From: Erysipelotrichaceae bacterium MTC7
GTDB taxonomy: Bacteria > Bacillota_I > Bacilli_A > Erysipelotrichales > Erysipelotrichaceae
NCBI GenBank assembly: GCA_001695645.1
Contig: LVZN01000019.1
Coordinates: forward strand, 1 to 32,000
Reading direction: 5' to 3'
DNA: 32,000 nucleotides
Position 1 is the stretch's first letter. The number at the start of each line of letters is the position of its first letter. The notes under the pieces are model-generated. The model was not told where the DNA came from and ran no database searches. It was given only the letters and a program-made list of their open reading frames with translations. The translations under genes and the position numbers were made by a program. This document shows, one piece after another, positions 1 to 8,121 of the stretch.

Positions 1-45
1 AGTAGTGAAGGTACCTTTTATACGATTTGTTTTTTTTCTTTAAGA

Positions 46-75
46 TGATGGAGTGTTTTTCTCCATCACTTTTTT
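46..75 (+). terminator. Rho-independent terminator of an off-window upstream + strand gene
   Basis: Perfect 8-bp stem TGATGGAG (46-53) / CTCCATCA (61-68) with a 7-nt loop, followed by C + T6 (70-75). Confidence 0.6.
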
Positions 76-165
76 ATGCATTTTATCGTCTATTTTACAT
101 GCATACTGCTTGAACCAGTAGTTATAAAGTGTTTTAATTAAGATAACATATAGGAGGAACGGAAT

Positions 166-732
166 ATGAAAATAGCAGAAATGACTGATCTTAAAAAATT
201 GAAAGGAACAAAAACCGAAGAAAACTTGAATACAGCGTTTGCTGGAGAATCAAAAGCTTCGATTAAATACACATTCTATGCATCAAAAGCAAAGAGTGAT
301 GGATATGTTCAAATTCAAAACATTTTTAACGAAACTGCACATAACGAACACGAACATGCAAAAGTTTGGTTTAAAATGTTACATGATGGAGCAGTTAAAG
401 ATACAGCATGGAATTTAAAAGATGCTGCTGCAGGTGAAAACTACGAATGGACAGATATGTACAAAACCTTTGCAGAAACAGCGGATGCGGAAGGATTGCA
501 CCAAATCGCTGAAAGATTTAGAAGTGTGGGAGATATTGAAAAACGTCACGAAGCTCGTTACTTAGAACTTCTTAAAAACGTGGAAGATCAATCTGTGTTT
601 AGTAAACCAGAAGAAAAGGTTTGGATTTGTTCAAACTGTGGACACATTTATGTTGGTAAAGATGCCCCTGAAATTTGCCCAACTTGTGATCACCCTCAAG
701 CACATTACCAAATTTTTGAAGAAGAATTCTAA
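166..732 (+). CDS. rbr: Rubrerythrin (ferritin-like diiron domain + C-terminal rubredoxin-like Cys4 finger)
   Basis: SD AGGAGG at 152-157. ExxH diiron motifs are present ([17 protein letters not shown]). C-terminal CSNC...CPTC pair of CxxC motifs. A hairpin terminator follows. Confidence 0.92.
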   Translation: MKIAEMTDLKKLKGTKTEENLNTAFAGESKASIKYTFYASKAKSDGYVQIQNIFNETAHNEHEHAKVWFKMLHDGAVKDTAWNLKDAAAGENYEWTDMYKTFAETADAEGLHQIAERFRSVGDIEKRHEARYLELLKNVEDQSVFSKPEEKVWICSNCGHIYVGKDAPEICPTCDHPQAHYQIFEEEF

Positions 733-750
733 AATTGTAAAGATATTGTT

Positions 751-778
751 AAAAACGGCAAAAAACGCCGTTTTTTTT
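751..778 (+). terminator. Rho-independent terminator after rbr
   Basis: Stem AAAAACGGC (751-759) / GCCGTTTTT (767-775), loop AAAAAAC, T8 run at 771-778. Confidence 0.8.
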
Positions 779-813
779 GTGCTTTGGTTGTTAATATTTT
801 CTAAAGTTGTATA

Positions 814-2208
814 ATGAATTTTATGAAACGTAAACTATATCAATTGATAACGATGCACGGCTTTGCCCCAACCAAAAAAATCGCAGTAAGTTTCTTTGCG
901 GTGATCTTGATTGGAGCCTTATTGTTGATGCTACCGATTGCAAATCAAAACGGTGCTTCGGTTCATTTTATCGATGCACTTTTTACCGCCACAAGCGCTG
1001 TTTGTGTTACAGGCTTGGTGGTCTACTTTCCTGCAGAACAACTCACAGTGTTTGGGCAAGTCGTCTTGATGTGTCTTATTCAAATTGGTGGACTGGGATT
1101 AATGACGCTAGTTGCCACCATCCACCTAGGATTTAAGAATCGTCTGTCTGTTCAAAACAAAGTCGCAATGAAAGAGGCCCTTGGTCAAAATCGCGTCATT
1201 AACTACAAAGCGTATCTATTTCGTATTGTAAAATACACAATTACTTTTGAACTTGTTGGAGCCCTATTACTTGCGCTTGTCTTTGTCCCTGAACAAGGAT
1301 TTGCTAGAGGTATGTTCTGGTCATTGTTTACTGCCATTTCGGCATTTTGCAATGCAGGATTCGACCTTGTGGGAACGACAAACTTAGCCCCATACGTCAG
1401 TCAACCGATCGTGAATATAGTTGTTATGACTTTGATTATTAGTGGGGGACTTGGTTTCATTGTATACTTTGATGTCCGCGACAAAATTCACTTACTTACC
1501 AAACAACACATTCCATTTAAACAGTTTGTGAAACGTTTAAACTTACAAACTAAGATTGTATTTGTCATGACAACCGTTTTAGTCCTTGTACCAGCGATCT
1601 TTATCTTCATTGATGAATTTAACAATCCTGGTACACTTGGTGCATTGGATATGCCGGGAAAAATCTTCGCCGCACTTTTTAACTCAGTCACTTTACGTAC
1701 GGCAGGTTTTTCAACCATTGATTATGCAAAGATCTATGAACCAACTGCCTTTATGATGATTATAACTATGTTTATCGGTGGTTCCCCAGGAGGGACAGCC
1801 GGTGGTATTAAAACAACAACGTTTGCAGTGATTGCATTATTTGTTATTAACAGTTTAAAAGGAAGAAGAGAAACTAGTGTTTTCCATCGCACCATTTCCC
1901 TAGATATGGTCGCAACTGCGATGAGTGTATTCACTTTAAACATCTTGTTCTTGTTTACTGGTATTATGATACTATCATCAGCAACTGATTTTAGTTTATT
2001 AGCAATTATGTTTGAGGCTGTCTCAGCAATGGCAACCGTTGGTTTATCTTTAGGGATTACCGCCAGTTTACCGGTGCTTGGCAAACTTATTATTATTGCA
2101 CTTATGTATATAGGTAGAATAGGAATCATAACGTTCTTATCTTCCATCGTAAAAGAAGATAAACAAAAAGACATTCGCTATGCAGAAGGTCGCGTTATGA
2201 TCGGATAG
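814..2208 (+). CDS. ktrB: K+ uptake translocating subunit, TrkH/KtrB family
   Basis: Polytopic membrane protein with four P-loop-like segments carrying the conserved Gly (SAVCVTGL, SAFCNAGF, LRTAGFST, ATVGLSLG), typical of Trk/Ktr/HKT transporters. The RCK-domain partner gene follows directly. No strong SD, so the start could be M4 (823). Confidence 0.85.
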   Translation: MNFMKRKLYQLITMHGFAPTKKIAVSFFAVILIGALLLMLPIANQNGASVHFIDALFTATSAVCVTGLVVYFPAEQLTVFGQVVLMCLIQIGGLGLMTLVATIHLGFKNRLSVQNKVAMKEALGQNRVINYKAYLFRIVKYTITFELVGALLLALVFVPEQGFARGMFWSLFTAISAFCNAGFDLVGTTNLAPYVSQPIVNIVVMTLIISGGLGFIVYFDVRDKIHLLTKQHIPFKQFVKRLNLQTKIVFVMTTVLVLVPAIFIFIDEFNNPGTLGALDMPGKIFAALFNSVTLRTAGFSTIDYAKIYEPTAFMMIITMFIGGSPGGTAGGIKTTTFAVIALFVINSLKGRRETSVFHRTISLDMVATAMSVFTLNILFLFTGIMILSSATDFSLLAIMFEAVSAMATVGLSLGITASLPVLGKLIIIALMYIGRIGIITFLSSIVKEDKQKDIRYAEGRVMIG

Positions 2209-2217
2209 GAGAAAATC

Positions 2218-2880
2218 ATGGAAAATAAAATTAAACAAGTTGCAGTGCTTGGGCTTGGTGTCTTCGGTTCAACCGTTGCCAAAACCTTAAGTAACCACGG
2301 AATTGAAGTAATCGCAATTGACCGTAATGAAGAAGCTGTCGAACGTATCGCTGATATAGTTTCGGTTGCAATTAAAGAAGATATTACAGATCTTGAGGTA
2401 TTAAGTTCTGCAGGAGTTGGGGATTGTGACGTGGCTGTCATTGCAGTTGGTACACAACTGGAAGTTAGTGTTATGAGTTTACTTAACTGCTTGGAGCTTG
2501 GCGTACCTCAGGTCATTGCCAAAGCGAAAAACAAGCGTTATGAAGCGGTCCTTAGAAAGGTTGGTGCACACAAAGTTATTCGTCCAGAAAAAGCAATGGG
2601 TGTATTAACTGCTAACTTATTAATCAATAACGATATTATTTCACAAATCAGTTTGGATGAAGACTATTCGATTGTCGAAACCAGACTGCCAGAACACTGG
2701 GTTGGAAAGTCATTGGTGGACTTGGATTTACGTTCCAAACTAGGTGTCAATGTACTAGGTATACGTAAACCACAGCAAACCTTAAACATTACACCAGATC
2801 CTACGTATGTATTGCAACCTGACGATCACTTGGTTGTTATTGCACACACGAATGTCATTCAAGATTTAGATTTAATTTAA
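2218..2880 (+). CDS. ktrA: K+ uptake regulatory subunit, KtrA/TrkA-N (RCK) family
   Basis: N-terminal Rossmann motif GLGVFGSTVA (GxGxxG). The 220-aa size fits RCK_N + RCK_C. SD AGGAGA, with a 9-nt gap after ktrB. Confidence 0.88.
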   Translation: MENKIKQVAVLGLGVFGSTVAKTLSNHGIEVIAIDRNEEAVERIADIVSVAIKEDITDLEVLSSAGVGDCDVAVIAVGTQLEVSVMSLLNCLELGVPQVIAKAKNKRYEAVLRKVGAHKVIRPEKAMGVLTANLLINNDIISQISLDEDYSIVETRLPEHWVGKSLVDLDLRSKLGVNVLGIRKPQQTLNITPDPTYVLQPDDHLVVIAHTNVIQDLDLI

Positions 2881-2904
2881 AGAAGTCGAAAGACTTCTTT
2901 TTTT
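2881..2904 (+). terminator. Rho-independent terminator after ktrA
   Basis: Stem AGAAGTC (2881-2887) / GACTTCT (2892-2898), loop GAAA, then T6. Confidence 0.8.
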
Positions 2905-2912
2905 CAAGACAT

Positions 2913-2940
2913 AAAAAAAGCAATCGTTTGATTGCTTTTA
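2913..2940 (-). terminator. Rho-independent terminator of the NifU-like gene
   Basis: Stem GCAATC (2920-2925) / GATTGC (2930-2935), extended by flanking A/T runs. On the minus strand the hairpin is followed by T7. It overlaps the stop codon at 2938-2940. Confidence 0.7.
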
Positions 2941-3186
2941 AAAATGCATTTCGGTTTGTTCGACGCGAACTTCATTGACGCCGTCGACTTCATCTTTTAG
3001 CATTGCTTCAATTCCAAATGTGATTGTATCATCGAGGGCTAAACAGTCCATACACGCACCTGACATTGTGACATATACTACGCCGTCTTCAAATTTTGAA
3101 AATTCAACGTCTCCACCATCCCTTTGAATGTAAGGACGCATTTTATTGATAACAGCAATAATTTCTTCTTCTTTTTTCGTTGCCAT
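2938..3186 (-). CDS. NifU C-terminal (Nfu-type) Fe-S cluster scaffold-like protein
   Basis: 82-aa protein with 'RPYIQRDGGDVEF' and the 'GACMDC' CxxC motif characteristic of Nfu/NifU C-terminal domains. Confidence 0.8.
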   Translation of the reverse strand: MATKKEEEIIAVINKMRPYIQRDGGDVEFSKFEDGVVYVTMSGACMDCLALDDTITFGIEAMLKDEVDGVNEVRVEQTEMHF

Positions 3187-3314
3187 AATACACCTCTTTA
3201 TCTACTGACATGTATTATAGCATGTTTTATAAAAAATAATAGAGGTTTGCCTTGCTTTCGTTACTTTTTTGTTTAGCGTTTGTGATATAATAATGCACAA
3301 AGGAGGTAACGCTT

Positions 3315-3674
3315 TTGTATCAAGTAGGAGATGTAGTAAAAGGTGTCATCACGGGGATTCAGCCTTATGGGGCATTTGTAAGAATTGATGACCATCACAA
3401 TGGTCTACTTCATATTTCTGAAGTTTCAGATGATTATATTCATGATATTCGTCAGTATTTACAAATGGAGGAGACGTTACAAGTAAAAATTCTCGATTTA
3501 GGAGAAGATGATCACCATTTTAAATTATCGTTAAAAGCTTTGCGTAAGGATGGCGGACGTTACCGTCGTTCCAATGTGCAAAAACTTTTGCCGGAACATA
3601 CATTGGGTTTTTCAACCTTGGAAGAAAACCTTCCTATTTGGATTGAACGTACGTTACATGGAGGAAAAAAATGA
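3315..3674 (+). CDS. S1 RNA-binding domain protein (YugI/CvfD-like)
   Basis: TTG start 8 nt after AGGAGG (3301-3306). S1 OB-fold pattern 'GDVVKGVITGIQPYGAFVRI...GLLHISEV'. 4-nt ATGA overlap with pgi. An extended -10 (TGaTATAAT, 3283-3291) lies upstream. Confidence 0.8.
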   Translation: MYQVGDVVKGVITGIQPYGAFVRIDDHHNGLLHISEVSDDYIHDIRQYLQMEETLQVKILDLGEDDHHFKLSLKALRKDGGRYRRSNVQKLLPEHTLGFSTLEENLPIWIERTLHGGKK

Positions 3675-4951
3675 TTAAATTAAACACAGAACACGCATTT
3701 TTAAAAGAAGACATTACTTCTTATCAAGACAAAGTAAATGCACTTCATGATGGAATCATGAACAAAACAGCAACAGGAAACGACTTCTTAGGATGGGTTG
3801 ACTGGTGCAATAACTATGACAAAGCAGAATTCGCTAGAATGAAAGAAGATGCTGCATACATCCGTGAAAACTGTGAAGTTTTCTTAGTATGTGGAATTGG
3901 TGGTTCATACTTAGGGGCAAGAGCAGCAATTGAAATGATCAATGGGTTGTATGGTAAAGACAAATACAAACCTGAAATTATTTTCGTTGGTAACACGTTC
4001 TCTAGCACATACACAAAACAAGTGTTGGACTACATTGCTGATAAAGAGGTCATCATTAACGTTATTTCAAAATCAGGAACAACAACAGAAACAGCATTGG
4101 CTTTCCGTTTATTTAAACAATTCATCGAAAAGAAATATGGAAAAGATGAAGCAAAGAAACGTATTTTTGCGACAACAGATGGAACAAAAGGTACATTGTT
4201 TGATTTAGCAACAAAAGAAGGTTACGCTAAATACGTCATTCCAAACGATATTGGTGGACGTTTCTCAGTTATTACACCTGTTGGTTTATTACCAATTGCG
4301 GTTGCTGGAATTGACATTGATGCATTGATGCAAGGTGTTACAGATGCTTACCAAGATTTAAACACAGCTGACTTAACAAAAAACCCAGCATATGCATATG
4401 CTGTAGCTCGTCGTATACTACAAAACCAAGGTAAAAACGTGGAGATGTTTATTTCATATGACTTACAAACAACCATGTTAGCTGAATGGTGGAAACAATT
4501 ATTTGGTGAGTCTGAAGGAAAGAATGGAAAAGGTATTTTCCCAGCAGCAGGAACTTTCTCAACAGATTTACACTCAATGGGACAATTTGTCCAAGATGGT
4601 TTGAAAATTGTATTCGAAACGTTAGTTTTATTTAAGAAACCAACAGAAGATATCATGTTCCCAGAAGATGCAGATAACTTAGATAACATGAACTACCTTG
4701 CTGGTAAATCACTGGATTGGGTAAATAAAATGGCGATGCAAGGAACGCTTGAAGCACATGAAGTTGAAGGAAACGTTCCAAACTTGCTTATTGAAGTAGA
4801 GGATATGAGTTCGCACTCATTTGGATACCTTGTGTACTTCTTCTTTAGAGCAGTAGCGATGTCTGTATTATTGCTTGATGAAAATCCATTTGATCAACCA
4901 GGTGTTGAAGTATACAAGAAAAACATGTTTAGACTCTTAGGAAAAAAATAG
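3671..4951 (+). CDS. pgi: Glucose-6-phosphate isomerase
   Basis: Firmicute-type 426-aa PGI with motifs GIGGSYLGARA, ISKSGTTTE, DIGGRFSV, GESEGK and FDQPGVE. Confidence 0.93.
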   Translation: MIKLNTEHAFLKEDITSYQDKVNALHDGIMNKTATGNDFLGWVDWCNNYDKAEFARMKEDAAYIRENCEVFLVCGIGGSYLGARAAIEMINGLYGKDKYKPEIIFVGNTFSSTYTKQVLDYIADKEVIINVISKSGTTTETALAFRLFKQFIEKKYGKDEAKKRIFATTDGTKGTLFDLATKEGYAKYVIPNDIGGRFSVITPVGLLPIAVAGIDIDALMQGVTDAYQDLNTADLTKNPAYAYAVARRILQNQGKNVEMFISYDLQTTMLAEWWKQLFGESEGKNGKGIFPAAGTFSTDLHSMGQFVQDGLKIVFETLVLFKKPTEDIMFPEDADNLDNMNYLAGKSLDWVNKMAMQGTLEAHEVEGNVPNLLIEVEDMSSHSFGYLVYFFFRAVAMSVLLLDENPFDQPGVEVYKKNMFRLLGKK

Positions 4952-5394
4952 TGCAAGAAAAACTGTTTCAAGTGGTGTGTCCAAATTGCAAACAAGCGTT
5001 TTTCATTAAGCGTGATACAGTGATCAATCATGAAATTGATGATGACAGTGTCTTGTTGCTAGAAAATCGAAGTTTGTTTGTACATACATGCAACCATTGT
5101 AGAACAACCATTCCATTGGACTATCCAGTGTTATACTACTTCCCAAAGGAACGTATTTACATTGGCTATCACTTAAAAGGTGAGGGAAGTCTTGATTCCA
5201 AAAGCTATGAAACAGACTCCATTGAACAGTTTGTCGAATATGTCATGATGGTTCGTGATGGTGTAATGATAGATGCAATACTGGAATTGAAACAGGGCTT
5301 GTTACAAGGATATACATACGATGGAATGGAAGCAAATCAACTGTTCTTTCGTAATGATGGACAACTTATATGTTTACCAAAGCGAGATGCGTAA
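4951..5394 (+). CDS. Zinc-ribbon protein, CpXC-domain-like (function unknown)
   Basis: GTG start sharing one base with the pgi stop (TAGTG). Two Cys pairs: CPNC (res 10-13) and CNHC (res 47-50). No alternative ATG until far downstream. A terminator follows. Confidence 0.55.
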   Translation: MQEKLFQVVCPNCKQAFFIKRDTVINHEIDDDSVLLLENRSLFVHTCNHCRTTIPLDYPVLYYFPKERIYIGYHLKGEGSLDSKSYETDSIEQFVEYVMMVRDGVMIDAILELKQGLLQGYTYDGMEANQLFFRNDGQLICLPKRDA

Positions 5395-5406
5395 TCTCGC
5401 TTTTTA
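5382..5406 (+). terminator. Rho-independent terminator after the pgi/CpXC unit
   Basis: Stem GCGAGAT (5382-5388) / ATCTCGC (5394-5400), loop GCGTA containing the stop codon, then T5. Confidence 0.8.
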
Positions 5407-5417
5407 CGTGCAAAGAC

Positions 5418-5470
5418 TTGCAAGATGTTAAAAATGGAGTATAATGAACATATGAACAAGTGTTCATATG
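5418..5470 (+). promoter_or_regulatory. cadC-cadA promoter with SmtB/ArsR-type operator
   Basis: -35 TTGCAA (5418-5423), 16-nt spacer, -10 TATAAT (5440-5445). A 10-2-10 perfect inverted repeat CATATGAACA-ag-TGTTCATATG (5449-5470) sits between the -10 and the SD. An extra ATGAACA half-site lies at 5444-5450. The TGAACA/TGTTCA core matches known SmtB/CzrA/CadC operators. Confidence 0.75.
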
Positions 5471-5479
5471 AGGTGAAAT

Positions 5480-5818
5480 ATGGAAACATGTAAAGTTGAA
5501 AGTTGTAAGCATACCCAGTTCAAACGTGTGGATGAACTTGATGTTGTAGAAGCTGAAGAGCTGTCGATTTTTTTTAAGATGTATGCAGATGCAACAAGAT
5601 TAAAAATCTTACATGTTCTCTTTAAAGGGGAAATGTGTGTCCAGTGCATTGCTGATGAACTGGATATGAGTCAAAGTGCCATTTCGCACCAGCTTGCCAT
5701 ATTGAAAAGGAATCGAATTATTAAGTCACGTCGTGATAAGAAAAATATGTTCTATTCTTTGGATGACAAACATATTGAACTTATTTTTAATGCAGCATAT
5801 GAACATATAAAGGAGTAG
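5480..5818 (+). CDS. cadC: ArsR/SmtB-family metalloregulator, CadC-like
   Basis: wHTH signature 'LDMSQSAISHQLAILK'. The Cys pair C-V-Q-C in the alpha3 region plus N-terminal Cys4/Cys9 resembles the CadC thiolate-rich sensing site. It is operonic with the P-type ATPase. Confidence 0.85.
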   Translation: METCKVESCKHTQFKRVDELDVVEAEELSIFFKMYADATRLKILHVLFKGEMCVQCIADELDMSQSAISHQLAILKRNRIIKSRRDKKNMFYSLDDKHIELIFNAAYEHIKE

Positions 5819-5822
5819 GAAT

Positions 5823-8069
5823 ATGAAACATTTACACGTACATCATCATGACCACAAGCCAGATGGATCTTGCTGTAATCATGATACAAAAGTCACAAAG
5901 GAAGCATATGAAATGCATGCTTCTAGTAACACGCCTAACCAGGCTTGTGCATGTAACACTGACATATCCAATGAGGAAGATGATATTGGCGATATAGAAG
6001 CCAAATATAAATTTAAACTCAGTGGGTTGGACTGTGGAAGCTGTGCACAAAAAATTGAAGATCGTCTCAATAAAGCCGATTATATTCAAGAGGCAAAAAT
6101 TAACTTTACACATGGGGTTGCTTACATTGAACCAAAAGGGAATATAAGCAAACAAGAAGTGTTAGAAAAAAGTAATGTACTTATCGACCAAGTTGAACCA
6201 GGAGCGAAAATGGTAGGGGATGATGAAGAAGAACCAAAAGAATCCAACCGTGAACGCAATGAGTTACTATTGAGTATTGCGATTTTCTTTATTGCAGTTA
6301 TCGTAGAGAAAACAACCAATATTCATCCATTTTTAATCTATGTACTTCCGTATCTATTTACGGGATATCACGTAATCTATAAATCAATAAAGAATATCAT
6401 GCACGGAGAAATCTTTGATGAACACTTCTTAATGACAATTGCAACGCTGGGAGCATTCGTTGTGGCTGCTTATGAAGAAGCTGTTGCAGTTATGCTATTT
6501 TACAATATTGGAGAATACTTCCAAGATTTAGCAGTTGATCGTACGCGAAAATCAATTACAGGTTTGATGGATTTACAAGCAGAGTACGCAAATTTAGTAA
6601 AAGCAGATAACTCTTATGAGGAAGTGGATCCAAAAACACTAAAAATTGGTGATCGCATTGCAATTAAAGCCGGTGAAAAAGTACCTGTAGATGCCATCGT
6701 GGTTTCAGGTAGTTCCTCACTCGACTTAAGTGCATTAAACGGTGAAGTGAAATTAAAAGATGTTCATGAAGGTGATGAGGTCCTTGCTGGTTCACTTAAT
6801 ACGATGGGTCTTATTACCTGTGAAGTCACAAAAGCGTATAAAGATTCAACCGTATCAAAAATTTTAGATTTAGTGGAGCATGCGAGCAATAAAAAAGCAC
6901 CGACCGAAACGTTTATTACAAAATTCGCGAAAGTATATACACCAATCGTTGTTGGACTTGCATTGTTGTTGGTCATTGTTCCAACACTTGTCGTTGGTGA
7001 TTTCTATACTTGGCTATATCGAGCTTGTACATTCTTAGTTATCTCTTGTCCATGTGCGCTTGTTGTATCTGTACCACTAGGATTCTATGCTGGTATTGGT
7101 AGTGCAAGTCGTATTGGTGCCCTTGTAAAAGGTGGAAACTATTTAGAATTACTTGAACATGTAGATACCATTGTTATGGATAAAACAGGAACCATCACAA
7201 AAGGTGAATTTGCCGTTGAATCCGTACAAGGTCATGAAGATACTTTAAAACTTGCTGCCTACGCAGAAAGTTATTCAAACCACCCAATTGCAAAAAGTAT
7301 TGCAACTGCATATACCAAGGCTATTGATGTGACAAAATTAAGCAGCTATCAAGAAGTTGCTGGATATGGAGTTTCGGTTTCTTATGATGACAAGCCATTA
7401 TTGGTCGGTAATCAAAAACTGATGGAGAAAGAGCACATTCCATATACAGTTAACCAAAATCTTGGAACCGTGCTCTACGTGGCTTATAATGGCCAGTACA
7501 TGGGTTCTATCGTAATTGGTGATCAAATCAAGCCAACAAGTAAACAAGCCATTCAAGATATGCATGATCTTGGTGTTAGTCAAACAGTCATGTTAACTGG
7601 TGACCAAGCAGATATTGCAAACGTAATTGCAAAAGAAGTCGGCATTAACAACGTTCATGCTGGACTATTGCCACAAGATAAAGTTTCGATACTTGAAGAA
7701 TATCTAACAAAAGACGATAAGGCTGTTGCTTTTGTTGGTGATGGTATTAATGATGCACCTGCCTTAATGAGAGCTGATGTAGGTATCTCCATGGGTGGTG
7801 TTGGAAGTGATGTTGCAATTGAAGCAAGTGACATCGTCTTGATGAGTGATGATTTATTGCTGATTCCTAAGACTATGAAAATAGCACGTAAAACAAAACG
7901 AATTGTTATTCAAAACGTGGTTATGGCATTGGGAATTAAAACCATTGTGCTTATCCTTTCTGCCTTTGGTATTACCAATATGTGGGCTGGGGTATTTGCC
8001 GATGTTGGAGTAACACTATTAGCGGTGTTAAACTCAATGCGTATGCTTTACTATTATAAAAAAGTGTAA
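5823..8069 (+). CDS. cadA: Heavy-metal (Cd/Zn/Co-type) translocating P1B-type ATPase
   Basis: His/Cys-rich N-terminus (HVHHHDH...SCCNHD), HMA domain with CGSC, transmembrane CPC motif (SCPCALV), DKTGT phosphorylation site, and GDGINDAP hinge. Confidence 0.93.
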   Translation: MKHLHVHHHDHKPDGSCCNHDTKVTKEAYEMHASSNTPNQACACNTDISNEEDDIGDIEAKYKFKLSGLDCGSCAQKIEDRLNKADYIQEAKINFTHGVAYIEPKGNISKQEVLEKSNVLIDQVEPGAKMVGDDEEEPKESNRERNELLLSIAIFFIAVIVEKTTNIHPFLIYVLPYLFTGYHVIYKSIKNIMHGEIFDEHFLMTIATLGAFVVAAYEEAVAVMLFYNIGEYFQDLAVDRTRKSITGLMDLQAEYANLVKADNSYEEVDPKTLKIGDRIAIKAGEKVPVDAIVVSGSSSLDLSALNGEVKLKDVHEGDEVLAGSLNTMGLITCEVTKAYKDSTVSKILDLVEHASNKKAPTETFITKFAKVYTPIVVGLALLLVIVPTLVVGDFYTWLYRACTFLVISCPCALVVSVPLGFYAGIGSASRIGALVKGGNYLELLEHVDTIVMDKTGTITKGEFAVESVQGHEDTLKLAAYAESYSNHPIAKSIATAYTKAIDVTKLSSYQEVAGYGVSVSYDDKPLLVGNQKLMEKEHIPYTVNQNLGTVLYVAYNGQYMGSIVIGDQIKPTSKQAIQDMHDLGVSQTVMLTGDQADIANVIAKEVGINNVHAGLLPQDKVSILEEYLTKDDKAVAFVGDGINDAPALMRADVGISMGGVGSDVAIEASDIVLMSDDLLLIPKTMKIARKTKRIVIQNVVMALGIKTIVLILSAFGITNMWAGVFADVGVTLLAVLNSMRMLYYYKKV

Positions 8070-8072
8070 AAG

Positions 8073-8116
8073 AAAAGCCAGTCGAAGTGATCGATATCAC
8101 ATTCGATTGGCTTTTT
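8073..8116. terminator. Bidirectional terminator between convergent cadA and the LCP gene
   Basis: Long hairpin AAAAGCCAGTCGAA (8073-8086) / TTCGATTGGCTTTT (8102-8115) with one G-T pair and an inner GTGAT/ATCAC stem. A-rich on the left and T-rich on the right. Confidence 0.8.
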
Positions 8117-8121
8117 ATTGT

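Noticed and set aside
115-150. Possible PerR/Fur-type box (AT-rich palindrome TTAATTAA, TTATAAA) upstream of rubrerythrin
   Set aside because: It matches the TTATAATNATTATAA consensus poorly. AT-rich palindromes are common in this genome, so the site is not supportable from sequence alone.
1488-2441. Minus-strand ORFs of 76, 146 and 87 aa (1488-1718, 1734-2174, 2178-2441) antisense to ktrB/ktrA
   Set aside because: They lie entirely inside strongly supported + strand genes, have no SD, and give hydrophobic or low-complexity translations typical of shadow frames of membrane-protein genes.
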